Program-made: the position numbers and the translations under genes
In this document: positions 42,856 through 56,049 of the stretch, in pieces
Layout of the letters: each line of letters opens with the position of its first letter
Position numbering within the stretch: the first letter of the stretch is position 1
The notes under the pieces: generated by a model
What the model was told of the DNA's origin: nothing
The model's database searches: none
The model's input: only the letters and a program-made list of their open reading frames with translations
Assembly (NCBI RefSeq): GCF_009914755.1
Contig: NC_060928.1
Strand: one strand, 5' to 3'
Origin: the human T2T-CHM13v2.0 reference genome, Homo sapiens
Length of the DNA stretch: 64,000 nt

Positions 42856-43429
42856 CAGAGACAGTTATCAGATGGGCATGGCTTGGTAAAGTAGAATTTA
42901 TTTTGCTGTATGAGGCACTCTTGGCCTTCACACAAAGATGAGTAGTCACTCCCCGAGTTAGTGTGACACTGTCTGCTGATGTTGATCAAGATGGATACAT
43001 TGACTTGTTTACTCTGTGTCACATACAGTCATTCCATGACAATCTTCAAAATGCCACCGCGTATAGGCTCAGGATTAGATAGGACATTCTTTTAATGAAA
43101 GGACATAGGATAGCCTGAATTCACTGGGTGAACATATCTAGAGTCAGGGCAGGGACCACGGTGGTGAGAACAAGCACACCAGGAGGGAGCCAAGGCCGGG
43201 CCTCGGCTTTGAGCCTGCAGCACTGGGACAGGGGTGCCCTCTACCCCCAAGCATAGACACCTTGACTTTTGGCCTTCCCGGTCTGCTCAACCCATCCTAG
43301 CTAGTTGATATGCTGTGAAGAGGACACCTACCCAAGTAACAGGAATAGAAATCTCTATGTGGCACCAAAGCACTCCTGGCCCCCTACTCCAGACATTTAG
43401 GATGGTCATTCTGCTGAGGAGGAAGATGA

Positions 43430-43645
43430 CAGAGCCAGGGAGAAGAGCTTGGACTTCACATCCGCACCGTTCTGGATTCCAATCCCAGCTCTACCGTCGA
43501 CGATTTGTGTGATTCCCGGCAAATCACCCGGCCTCTCAGTACAAATTTCTTACTCTGAAACACAAAGCTCATAACATCTACCTTTTCAGGATAAAATGTG
43601 AAGGATAAAATGAACTGATGTCTATAAAGTGTGACGCAGGGCTTG
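43430..43645 (+). mobile_element. MIR
   Basis: ggattccaatcccagctctacc...tgtgtgattcccggcaaatcac...ataacatctacct. Confidence 0.7.
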
Positions 43646-44292
43646 TCTTTAACGAGGGCTCATTGGCCTACCCTTCCCACCTCCTTCCAAGCACACAGGG
43701 CACGGCCTCCCGGAGCGCACATCCTCTGCCTTTTACATGTGTCCTGTTGAAATCTGAACAACCTGAGAGGTTTTTCTGTGGCTGCCGTCATCTGTTCTTT
43801 TTCACAGGAATAATTTCTAAGTGTACAATCTAACATTCTTTTGTTTTGTTTTGTTCTTTCAGAATTTCCCTTTCGTGTGAATCATATCCTTGGCCAAGCG
43901 GGGCACATTTATCGTATTTCTGAACTTTCTGAAGCCTATTTTCCAAAGTCCAGGTTCAGGTCACCTCAGCCTGGTGGTTCCTTTCCTCAATTTAATGCAG
44001 AATGACACAGTCATGTTTTTCTCTAGGTTCCTGGAAGTTACACAATAGCCATCAGGTTCTTTTTCATCAGAATGAAGTCAAGAATAGAAGTTCCCTTGTT
44101 GTTTCCTCTGCCTTCTTAGTGACGAGAGTATCATGAAGACGGGCAAGGATTTATTACATGGTTTACTTTGAGCGGAACAAGACTCCTAGTAAAATCTGAA
44201 CCTCTGAACCTGATCACCATTACCACCTACATGGCCTATTAAGTATTTAAAATTGATTAAGCATTTTCCTGCATCAGAATAGAAAAACAGCC

Positions 44293-44515
44293 CTAGCTTA
44301 TATTTACTGTGCATTTTCAATGTACAGGGTACCCAGTTAAGCTTTTGGAGGACATTGTCATTTTTAAACTTTAAAACAGCCCTACTAGGTAAGGGCTATT
44401 CTTAGTTCCCATTTTACAGATATAAAAACTGAAGCACAAAGAGATTATGTACTTTGCCTAAAACCACATGGCTTGCAGGTAGGAAGGCCAGGGTTCTGAC
44501 CCTAGAGCCTGTCTT
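44293..44515 (-). mobile_element. MIR
   Basis: cccattttacagatataaaaactgaagcacaaagagatta. Confidence 0.8.
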
Positions 44516-44555
44516 CTACCCGCTGTCTGCTCTTGCTTCTCACACATGAGCTCGC

Positions 44556-44717
44556 ATGCCAGCTCCCTAACTTAGGGGCTTTCTGACCTTGGGAAGGTTG
44601 CTCCCTGTCTCTCAGTTTTCTCATTTGTAAAAATGAGAATCACAGTATCAACACCACCAGGATTGTTATGCAAATGAAATGCTATCGCGTTTAGGAAGCA
44701 GGTAGCACCATTCCTAG
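44556..44717 (+). mobile_element. MIR
   Basis: tgaccttgggaagg...tctcagttttctcatttgtaaaaatg. Confidence 0.75.
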
Positions 44718-46996
44718 TGAAGAGCAGGGGCACCAGGCAACTGCCAGAAGAGCATCACCACCATCGCCACATGGCCCCACTCCCCCACTGCACCTGCCCT
44801 TCACATGCCAGTATTTCAGAAATCACTTTTTATCTCATAATTGCTGAGGTTCCATCTCATAATCAATGCATACATTTGATGAGGGTTAGCTTTTCCCAAA
44901 AAGTTATTACTTGATAGCATGTCTTTCTATAAATGCCATCTCTGAATCAAGGAAATATAGTATTTCTACATGTATTTGTTTTATTTGTCTAGCTCGTTTA
45001 CTAGGACAAGAGCCATAGTTTGAATTTTCCTGAGTTCTCTCAACATTTAGTACTGAGCCTCACTCCAAGTACTCAATAAATAGCTGTGGAGCACATACGT
45101 GTTTGTCATAAGCAAATTCAGCTGTCCTGGTTTGTGTTGGGTAAAAGATGCTTTTTCCCTCCAAGTGCAGTATGGGGCCGGGATGGGGCAGGGCCGAGGG
45201 TATTTTCCTAGAGGGTCTTTGCGCCCTCCTGCAGGGTGGGCTGAGCACTTCCTAGAGCAAGAGTGACAAGAAACTGCACCTGTCTCCACGGAGCTTTCCC
45301 CGTCCTGGCTGTACCAGGACATGCATGACATTAAAAGCAAACAAGATTGGTGTAGCCAGAGGTAAAGGGAAAATTTATTTGTCTGGGCAACTGTACTGAC
45401 CTCTGGCTCTGAGGATTTCCCTCTAAGAGGAGGAGGACAGAACTGGATTATGTTCTCCCAAGTTTTACTCTTGTAGGATTTTTTCTCCTTGGTTTTGGAG
45501 TGAGTGAGCATGTGTGCACATTTTCACACCCTGCTAGTGATTAAGACACCCTGATGCAAATGTCCACTCGGACTTTATAAGACAGTTCATGCGTTCAGGA
45601 ATCAGGCCTGGTGAAGGGAGTACAGCTGTCTGGACCAGGTACAGGCCGATTCCAGGCAGGAATTACCTGAAACAAGAGCTCAGAGCTGGTGTCTTTTGGC
45701 TGCATCAGTTTTCATGCCGAGCCTTTTCAAGACTTTTATAACTCTCTAGCTAGCAAGCAAACAAATAAATAAAAATTAACTAGACTGAAAGTTGGTCTGC
45801 AGAACTTCAGCTTGAGATCATTCTTTTTCTCTGAAACTGAGAAAGTTTCTAAATATTGATCTATAAACAAGCGAAGGGGTGTCCGGACTCTGGGAACAGC
45901 TTGGCTTGCACTTTAATGGTTTCAAAATTAGGAGGAGCAGATTGCTGAGCAGCACTTTCCTCCAAGATTATCTTTTTTTATTAAAAAAGTGACAAAAACA
46001 TTTGCGTGGGACAGACTTCAGCAGCACATATGCTGGTTTTTAAATATTCTACAAAGTTTCACTAATCGGATTTCAAAAAAGGTCAAAAGTTGTTCAGCTT
46101 ATATTGTACACATGGAAACTTCCTTTTGGGGTTACAGGGGTTTTCTTTGTTTTTCTTTACATTTTCCTCTTTAGTTGCTCTTTTGATTGATGTGGCCAAA
46201 TGCTGGAGTTGCTTATTGTGGGAAATGTGTCCTGCTTTTCTTTGTGTATTTATAGAAATTGAAACACACTTCACGATGAGCTCTACTCTCCTAATAAAAG
46301 GGAGATATGACATTTTAGACAATAACTTTTTAAACAGAATGTTCTGCTTTTTATTTCATTCAGCTCATGTTAGGCACAGAAGCAGCTCAGACAGATCGCA
46401 CAATGGGAGTAACTCCTGGGGGGGTGGAGAGGGGTTGGGGGATGTGGGGGTACCCCTCTCTCTGTTAGGGATTATTTGATTTGGTAATTAATAAAAGATA
46501 AAGAGGTCTTTTATGTGTTTTTCGCTAGAACTTTAAATTAACGTTCCTTCTCAAATGTTTCTCTCAGCTCTCTTCTTGCCCATTCTGCAGGGTGACTGTG
46601 CTGCACGGCTCCAGGGCACAGCTCCCAGTTGGTTCCATATGCGTGGTGTCTCTGTGCTGTGCAGCTCTGCAAGGAGCCTAACGGTGAACAGGGGCAATTG
46701 CCTTTCTCTCCCTACCATGAGATTTATTTCTGATCCTACTCCCTTATGACTTACGAAGCCCCACATAACTATTCTTTCCTTCCCTCGTGTGAAGTTTCCC
46801 CTTTCATGACAGACTGGGAGTCTTCACTGAAACCCAGCTGGACTGCATCTCTCCTTAGATGAGACTCGAATGTCATGAGACTTGAGAAAAGCATGAAACA
46901 GTCATGTTTGACAAAGTGTCTACCTTGGGAACTAAGTTCTGAGAAATGCTTCTCAATGAAAAGGATTTCTGGTCAAATAATTTGGGGAAAAAGCTT

Positions 46997-47407
46997 TGCT
47001 ATGGTTTGGATATTTGTCATTCCAAAGCTTATGTTGAAATCTGATCCCCAATTTGGAGATGGGGTCTAATGAGAGGTGTTTGGGTCATGGGGTCAGATCC
47101 CTCATGAATGGCTTGGCCTCCTCTGGTAGTGAGTGGGTTCTTGCTTTATTAGTTCCCACAAGAGCCGGACACCTCTCCGCTCTCTCTCTCGCTTCTGTTG
47201 TCTCACCATGTCGTCTTTGCACACATGGCCCCCCCTTTCCCTTCTGCCATGAGTGGAGGCTTCCTGGGCCCCTCCCCAGATGCAGATGGTGGCATCCTGC
47301 TTCTCGTACAGCCTGCAGAACTGAGAACCAAAAAAACCTCTTTTCTTTATCATTTTAATCACCCAGCCTCAGGTATTCCTTTGTAGCAACACACACAGAC
47401 TAAGACA
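46997..47407 (+). mobile_element. MSTB1-like solo LTR, inside an older hAT-Charlie relic (~46925-47630)
   Basis: tgctatggtttggata...gactaagaca; perfect 5-bp TSD agctt. Confidence 0.9.
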
Positions 47408-47994
47408 AGCTTCATAACACATCTCACTTTTGGGTAGTCAACTGATCTCAGTAATCAAGGTTAAAATAAGCTTGGGAGGGGCCCTGTGCTTAAAAAATAA
47501 CCAACCAACCACAACAACAGCAAACACTAAACTAGGTTTAACTTCATCTCACCAAGAACTTCCAGATAATTTGTATTCATTTGTTGCATAACACTGGTAG
47601 TCCCTGGAACAGGCTTTGGGAATTGCTGTCCTAAAGCATCCTAGCTACCTTCAAGGCTCAAGGAAATCATAGTAATTTAACAGAACTGTTTAATCATGTT
47701 CCTTGGAGATGTAAGTAATCTCTATTATGTTTAAACTTTTACCCTGTCATTCTGAAATAGATGACACCTAGAACTCAGGTTGGATTATTATCCTCAAGCC
47801 CCATTATGCAGAGACCATCTGGCTGTTGTACTTGAGAAAAGACAGTTACTACAATGAATCAAATCTAGGTGGTGAAATTAGAAAGAGCCAAACTGGAAAT
47901 GTTGTAGAATAAGGCCAGCTGACCCCAGAATGGTCTTTTAAAGAAACAATACTGAGATGTGGCCCTCAAATGCACTCACGTAAAGAAACTTGAG

Positions 47995-48290
47995 GGCTGG
48001 GTGCAGTGGCTTACACCTGTAATCCCAGCACTTTGGGAGGCAGGTCACTTGAGTCCAGGAGTCTGAGACCAGCCTGGGCAACATAGTGAGACCTCGTCTG
48101 TACAAAAATGAAATAAAAATTTAGCCCGGTGTGGTGGTGTGTGCCTATAGTCCCAGCTACTCAAGAAGCTAAGATGAGAGGATCAACTTGAGCCCAGGAG
48201 TTCCAGGCTGCAGTGAGCAATGACCATGCCACTGCATTCCTGTCTGGGTGACAGAGTGAAACCTTGTCTCAAAAAAAAAAAAAAAAAAAG
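47995..48290 (+). mobile_element. AluJ with a small left-arm deletion
   Basis: Dimer, A tail, TSD aaacttga. Confidence 0.92.
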
Positions 48291-49204
48291 ATAGGAAAAA
48301 AAACTTGATTTGATTGTGCCTTCAGAGGTTATCAGATTCAAAACAACTGATTTCCATTAGGAAACATCACACAAGTTTGATGTATAAACTAGAATGTGAT
48401 GATTGCTCTCTAGTAAGAATAGACACGTCATGGGCAGCCATACGGTCATAGTGGCTAATCAGTACACTCTCTTCATGGGAAAGCTGCATAGGAAGCCAGA
48501 AATTATCATCATAAGGCTGTTTCATGAGCAAGAAATCTGAGCAAGGGAATTTCATTGGATAGTGGTGTTCACTAGAGCCATAGACTTTCCAAATAGAATA
48601 ATAACTACCCTGGCGGGTCCACACATACTTGTCTCCTGAAGATGCACTGTATAGTCTTCCTAAGTGAGACCCACTTTCACTACATTTTGAAGACTGTTCC
48701 TATTGGGAAGGAAGAAAGAAGGGTTCCAAACCAGGTTCCAGGCCTGATTTCATGCTCTAGTTGTCAGGGTTACACTTGGTTATTATCTGGATCATCTAGA
48801 CTTAATGCTTCCTATCTCCAAGAGGGTGCTTTCTGCAGACGGCTAATCGCAAATACCCTATTGCTCTCAGACAGTATGTCCATATATTTGGGCAACCTTA
48901 TTTCCCTCCATGCGTCCTGACTATTCTATGGTCCCGTTTGGCTGTCCGGACTGGTCTGTCTTTGGTTAGAGGCATGCAGAGAGAAGGGAGAATGTAAGGA
49001 TAATGCCCCTTACAGATTCGCCATTTAAGAATTTCTCTATACAAATAACTTTCTTCCCCAGTCTGGTCTGCTTCTTGTGTTAATTCAAGGCAATTGAAGC
49101 CAGCAAATACAGAAATACTCATTTGCTAAGCTCCTATTATGTCTAAAACAATATGTTTAGCACTGTTGAGCAATTTGAAACAGAAAGACAGGAATTCTGA
49201 CCCA

Positions 49205-49905
49205 TGTTTCAGAGTTATGCCTCTCATGAGCCGTGCAAGGTCCACATACATTTGTATCTTGCCACAAGGTCAGACTTTTATTGATACTGTTTCAATCACA
49301 AAAACCATGAGCTCAATGGAGTTCCCAAGAAAGAGGTTCTCCTCAGAACTTCCCATTCACTCGGTAGTCAGAATAGCGGGCACACAGGCTCAAGCCACTC
49401 CACAAGTCAGTTAATACTGAAAACCATATGTAATAGAATACGTGGTCACTATATACATGTTAAACATTCCACAGCTCACAAAGTAACATTTAACATCAAG
49501 AGAAAAGGGAGAGAAAAAAGAGTTAATGAACCATTGCAGGGAGAACAACGAAGACAAAAAGAATCTCCTGGCTTGGCCTGGGCAGTCCCTCAGTCTCGCA
49601 AGGAAGAGTCTTTGATGTGGGCAGAGCCTTTGTAGGCAGATGCCAGGTGCTTATCGCAACTGATAGCAGGACTGCGTCAGTTGTGTTGAGCTGCTGAAGC
49701 CTTACTCTTTTTATGGCCACAGAGTCCTCTGGTGAGGACTGATAGTGGAAGAATGTGCTTGTTTGTATCCTTATCTGGTTGGATGTAGTCATTATTTGTT
49801 AAGCAAAATATCTTGTCCCTGTTGGCAAAAAGTGTCATATGAAGTATAAGATACAGTTTTTTTTTTCTAAGATGGAGTTACTTATGTCAAGGATGCTCTA
49901 TACCA
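49205..49905 (-). mobile_element. Solo LTR, ~700 bp (MER76-like; family uncertain)
   Basis: TG...CA-like ends; terminus aagatggagttacttatgtcaaggatgctctatac; reverse AATAAA near 49277. Confidence 0.6.
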
Positions 49906-50074
49906 TGCCCATTTACTGAGCTTACCAAATAGTTCTCAAAACATCTCTGAGTGTGCACCAATTTTATTCGCACCATGGAATTGAAACTGCTTCCCCCATC
50001 TGCTTCATCCCGTTTCTCTGGTACCTTTACTGTCACAGTCTTATTCTGTTTCTCTCCTAGCACTAGACCTAGCT

Positions 50075-50360
50075 GCTTCTTCAAACTTGAACTTCTATAC
50101 CCACCCTATCTAAAGCAGTGACCCATAACTCTTCATCTTATTTTGTTTGTTGAAACATTGGTCCTTATCTGAAATCATTTTGCCATTTTATTGTTTAATC
50201 TCTGTCTTCTCCATCTAGAAAATTTCAGCTCCATGCCTTGGTCACGATGGTGCTACTGTGTCCTTAGTACCTAGAGCAGACTTAGGACCCAGTGGGAGCT
50301 CAAGAAATACTCACTGGGAGTGTAGTGACGGAGCAGGGAGAAGTGAGTGAGTCAATGAGT
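50075..50360 (+). mobile_element. L2a 3' end
   Basis: ccaccctatctaaagcag...cagctccatg...agctcaagaaatact. Confidence 0.65.
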
Positions 50361-51254
50361 CTGATCTTGTAAGCACCACACCTGAAAGCTTCTGTCAGAG
50401 CCTGATTGCAGAACAGCAGGGCGTGCGTATTTCTTTGTTCTACAAGACGACATTTCTAGTAGGTGGTAGCAGGTGGTGCTATTGCTCTGTCAAAAGAGCC
50501 ACACTCAAAGTCCACGTTATTTCACAGGCCCTAGGAAGTAACTTACTGGCAGAAACAAACAGGTCTTGGTTGACATAGAACTAAGTGGGAAAACAAGTGA
50601 GAACTTACCTTTGCTTTGCTCAAGGGCAGAAAGGTTTTAACAGGAAAGAAAGAAGGGACAATGAGTTAGAAATAGGGAATATGGTAGAAGGGGTAATAAC
50701 AGTGATAAAATGAAAGATTTATAAGTTATCATGGGATGGCCACTCCAAGGACATCACATTCAAGCCTCTACCTTTGCTGTTTGCTACAATGACCCTGAGA
50801 AGTGGCCATCTTTTCTCAGTACAAGTTTCCACCATGATGGGGAGTTTCATACAGTGTCACTGATTGCCGCTAATGTTTATCTAGCATCCACTTTGTGTCA
50901 TCCTGGGCTGCAAGGTGTCCTGCACAGGGTGCACACTGCATTTGCAGCGATGAGGACGTGAATGGCAGCTCCTAGATCTGTGTGGCTGGGTGTCGCCAAT
51001 GCCATGTGCTACCTAAGTTCACCCACACAACCCATCATGGTAGGCACATGGCAGCAAGTGGCAGGGCTGGGAGTTACACAAAAAAGGTCCTCCCTCAAGT
51101 GAACTGACGCCCTGACTTCATATCACAGCTTTTTTAGCCACAATCCTTAAGTGTTCCTACAGCATTTCCTATCTCTTCCGGCCTTTTCTATCTCATTCTC
51201 TTGTTTATTTCCATCCCCAAATTTTTAAGCTCTTGTTTTAAAAGTATATATGCT

Positions 51255-51604
<350 letters not shown>

Positions 51605-51984
51605 TTATTGTTTTAACATTCTCCTCCCCTGAATGTAAACTCAGGTGGTAGACCGTGTGCCACCTTACTCACCATCGAATGCCCACTTTATACACAGAAA
51701 GTATTCCATGAATATTTCTGGAAAGCCTGAATGCTCCATAGGCATTTGTGGACGGATGCCTCAATAAAATGAGCCCAGGTCTTCCAAGTATTCTTCCTAT
51801 GACATGGTACCTATCCTGTCATTTTCCTGTATCATCGTTAAAGTATCATCACAGCAGGCTTGTCTCCTCCCCTTTCTGTCCAGGCTGGCGCCCAAGAATT
51901 CGTTAGCTGTGGGGCGAGGAGGCGGCTGAATGAGTTAACAAACTGCCCTTCCAGTCGCTTTGGATTTTGCCTGGACTCCAGCTC

Positions 51985-52173
51985 CGTGGGGTGCTAGTTA
52001 ATGTTTAGTGAGCGGCTCTCTTCACTCCCACCCGCAAAGCAGGGCTGTGTCGTGCTGCCATCTCCGCGGCGTAAATACTCCCGCCGTGGCTGATTTCAAG
52101 GTACCCAAGGGAGGTCGCTGGCCGGGGTTGGGGAGAGCCTCTGACTGTCACAGAGCCTGCTCCAGCCCCACCC
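51985..52173. mobile_element. MER63A (hAT-Blackjack)
   Basis: gtaaatactcccgccgtggctgatttcaaggtacc matches the recalled MER63 core; ends ccgtggggtgct / gctccagccccacc. Confidence 0.75.
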
Positions 52174-52272
52174 GTCCCCATAGACAACAGCCTCCCGTGT
52201 TCCCTGAGAAACAGCACCTGGCAGAACCCATGCGTCTGCCCCATGCCCACCCTGAGCTTCCCTATAAATCCA

Positions 52273-52303
<31 letters not shown>

Positions 52304-53141
52304 CACAGAAATAAGGGGAGTGGGAAGGGAAGAAGAGGGGACTAAATTTCTTGTAGGTCTACTGCCTGCTTCTCATTAGGCCTTTGGGCACATGGACACG
52401 TGCCTACTTTCATGGCTTCCCCGAAACACGTCAGCTTATTACAATTACTTGTTTTCTTCCTCTGGCCAAAATCAGTGGGGAAAAAGGAAGTCGTTCTTTT
52501 GTTGCTGTTTTGGTTTCTTTTATTTCACTACATTCATTTCTTTTCTTCCCGCAGCTCCCACAACAGGTGGCATGACTTAAAAAGACATAATTCAGTATCA
52601 TGCCCTTCAGTGAGCGTGTGGTGTCCCACACAGAAAGCTGGGATGTCCTCAGAGTACCAGGTTTGTGGGAGATTTTTGTTTGTTTGTTTTTTAGAGTATG
52701 CTTCAGAAGTGTAATTTATTTACCATGTTTTTATTTGGGTCAGTGGGAAAGGGCTAGCAATTAGTTATTTTGGCAAAGGTTCAGTTATGCCTCAAAAAGG
52801 AACACAGACTTAACATGTTATATAATCACTCTTAAACCACCTCTGGGAAGTTCTCCAAGCCCTGTGTGTCAGTCTCCATTGTGCTTGTCTGGACACAACC
52901 TCTACAAGAATTTCTATTTTATAAAGCAGGGTGGGGAAATGCCCAGAGACAGAGCTGAGTCCAATTGCAAGGTGACTTGTTATGGGGGAGCTAAAGGGAA
53001 GAGGTTATCTTATCCTGAAATCTACCACATTAGTCTGTAGGTAAGCCCAGGTCCTCCAGACCACTGGACTCTGTATTGGTAAATAACTTTGCTCCAGAAT
53101 CTAATTATGTCTATGGGTGATTCTTTCAATTTTTATGTAGT

Positions 53142-53360
53142 AAACTTTTTATTGAAGTCTAACATGCACTTAGAGAAGTGCACAGATGATAAGTATACAA
53201 CTTAAAAAGTTACCACAAAAAGAATATACCCACTTAACCACTTCCAGGTCAGGAAGTGCACATGACCTGAAGCTCTCACAGCCTTGCCCAGGTACTACAA
53301 CCACCCCTCTTCCCCAAAGGTGACTACTAACACCTCTATGGAAGAGTTTTCATTGACTTC
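53142..53360 (-). mobile_element. L1M (L1MD/ME) 3' fragment
   Basis: tttattgaagtctaacatgcacttagagaagtgcacagatgataagtatacaactt. Confidence 0.7.
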
Positions 53361-55199
53361 TCTGATTCTAAACCGAAGTTCTGATTGTTTTTCCATAGTG
53401 ATCTAGAAGGGCTCTACTTTAACCATGTTTTTAAAACAGGATCAGGAAGTTGGGGAGCATGTGTTGGTCACATTACTGAGTCAGATGCTGTAACCTGGGT
53501 GGGGGTCAGGGCCACCCCTAGGACATGCAGGAGTTGGGCATATGTTTTTTGCCAGGTCCCTGTCTATATAAATAATTTTACTTTTTTAAGTGTACTGCAA
53601 AATTCATGGTGCCATATGAGATAGAGTGATTAATCATAAAGATTTATAAGAATCGTTAGAGAAGTACTGAAGGGCTGGTTTGTTTCCTAGCCAGTACACC
53701 TGGCAATTCTTACTAGTGTCCGGGCACTGTCTCTTCCTCTTCGGGTCCAGGAAATATCTCTTCCTGTTCTTTATGGTCAAGAGTCCCATTTCTGGCAAAT
53801 TTCGCATTTCCCTCACAAGAAAAGGTAGTAATGCTGTTTTTTTCACAATATCCTAGGACTGTGCCAGACTGAATCATGAAACAATAGAACTCTTCTTGCT
53901 TGTTTCGAATGTCATTTATTTAATTCCAGTGAGGTTATTACTTGTGATGCTGCATCATCCACCATGACATCTGTGCATACCGGCTTACAATGACACCCTC
54001 CAAGTTCCTGTGCCTTGTTGATGGTATCCGCAAATGTGGGAAGTTGTGAATGATGACTTGTTTTCTGGTCATGTTACATTTACCGTTAGGAATTTTACAG
54101 CAGTCACATAGAACGATGCATCTTCCAACCCTGATTTTCTTGAACTCTAAGACCATAATCACTGCATTTATAAAATGAGATCTCTTTCAATGCTGACTAC
54201 ACCCCTGCCTTCTACCCATGCCCACCAGCAGGGAGGATAGTCAAGTGCCATGAGCAGAGAGAAGGGTCTCATTCTCAAGGTAATGTCTGTCCCTCCTCTG
54301 GCACAGCTTAATACCAACCCAGAAGAGCATAATGTTACCACATCAATTGGAGGCAAAAGAAAACATCTATCAGCAAGACCTGTTGGCTTTACTTTGCAAG
54401 GGCAATGAAAGTTCTTGGATGAGATAGGTGCTGTCACCCCTGGAAGACTGCCTAACATGTGGGAGGGTGTGGGGGATTGCCCTAGGTAACAGCAGTGCAT
54501 AGGGTTAAGGATGCCTGCTGCCATCTCCAATGCCTTTAGGATCAAAGGCAGTTCCGCAGTGGAAATATGGGTGAGCAAGAGCCAACGCTCAGGTCCGCAC
54601 ATATGGCCCAAGCCCAAGGACCCTCAGTAGCTCAGAGTCCTGAACTCTTCCTGTGTCTGGCATGAGTGAGAGTCGCTCCAAATCAGTGTGTCAATACCAT
54701 TCTGCTTGATCAGTCAGGGATGATTTCATAATAAAATACCCTGCCCACCACAGGGCTCCAGTTTGATACCATACATGTGAGTCCCAAAACTCCTCATACC
54801 ATCTGGCCCACCCCAAGAGCAAAGCAGAGGATCAGAGAATGCCCAAAGGGAAGAAAGAGGGATATATGCCTCCTGATCTGAGTTTGGGTTTCCCTTTCTG
54901 AATGGCCCTGCAGACTCTGGCAGGTCTTAGGAACCACGAGGAGACAGAAACTTTCCAGGAAGCCACTCCAAAGTGCAGGACCGCCTGTGGCGTGGGGCCC
55001 GGCTCTCTGGGGTGGAAGGGAGGTATTGATGTTACTAAGATTACCAAGGTAGGGCTTCGTGCATCAGCCTTCTTGCTCCCAGGGTCTTCCCTTGCACTCC
55101 TTATTTCCTAAATGATCTGCTATGACCCCAAGAAAAAAAAAAGAAAGGTATGTTTGTGGGGTCTTATTAGTAAAGAAGTATGATACTGTAGAACTCATC

Positions 55200-55400
55200 T
55201 ATGTCTTCAGGTCAGTCTTGACTATTTGCTACTTACATGTCTTTGGGCATGCTATTAGCCACCACATTACCCAGTTTCCTTATCTATGAAATGGGCATAG
55301 AAATAATACTCAATAAAACTCACAAGATGTTGTCAGAATTAATACGAGATAATATACGTAAAAATATTTTGTAAACTTGTAAGGACTATCCAGATATGCT
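55200..55400 (+). mobile_element. MIR (MIR3/MIRc-like)
   Basis: cagtttccttatctatgaaatgggcata...gagataatatacgtaaaaatattttgtaaact. Confidence 0.75.
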
Positions 55401-55700
55401 TGTGTTTTTTCTTAAAGAAACATTTGTATTTTAAAAATATCTGCATGTACTAACTGTCCAGCTGAGTTCTTTCAACTCAATTCATTCTCTTTTTTTGAGT
55501 CATAATTTAGAATTTACACTGACATATGATTTGAAATCTATGCCCTGAGTCCAGTAAAGGGTTCCATGGCCCCTTCTATTATTCCCTTTTACTCTTCTTG
55601 GACACATGCTTGACTTTGAGTCCCTGATGCTGCCCTGCCCCAAGCACTAACCTATGCATTATATTTACCTTCAATAATATAATCTCAAACTTATCAGGTG

Positions 55701-55879
55701 TTTTTGTTTGTTGTTGTTTCTTTTTGCTTTTTGAGACAGGGTCTCACTCTGCTGTCACCCAGGCTGGAATGCAGTGATGCCATTATAGCTCACTGCAGCG
55801 TTGACCTCCTGGGCTCAAGCAATCCTCCCTCCTCTGCCTCCCAAAGTGCTGGAATAACAGGTGTGAGCCACTGTGCCAG
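55701..55879 (-). mobile_element. Alu monomer (FRAM or arm-recombined AluJ)
   Basis: Right-arm 3' end joined to ccaaagtgctgg...gtgagccactg. Confidence 0.85.
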
Positions 55880-56049
55880 GGTAATCCATCAGTTTTGATA
55901 AGACATATTTACCTACATAACCTGGATAACTAAAGAGAGGTTAATCAAGACTGAGGGCATCCTTGGCATAGCCATCATAAGCCCCAAGACAAGCTTGTGG
56001 CAGATAGGTGAGAACAAGGAGCACAGTGGGACAGTTTCCAAGTAAGGCT

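Noticed and set aside
45047-45511. 154-aa ORF (also 54168-54617, 46090-46479, 63148-63567)
   Set aside because: No recognisable domain or exon structure; lengths are compatible with chance ORFs.
50454-50482. Tandem CTCF-like AGGTGG motifs
   Set aside because: Key CC and GGC positions are mismatched; not supportable without ChIP data.
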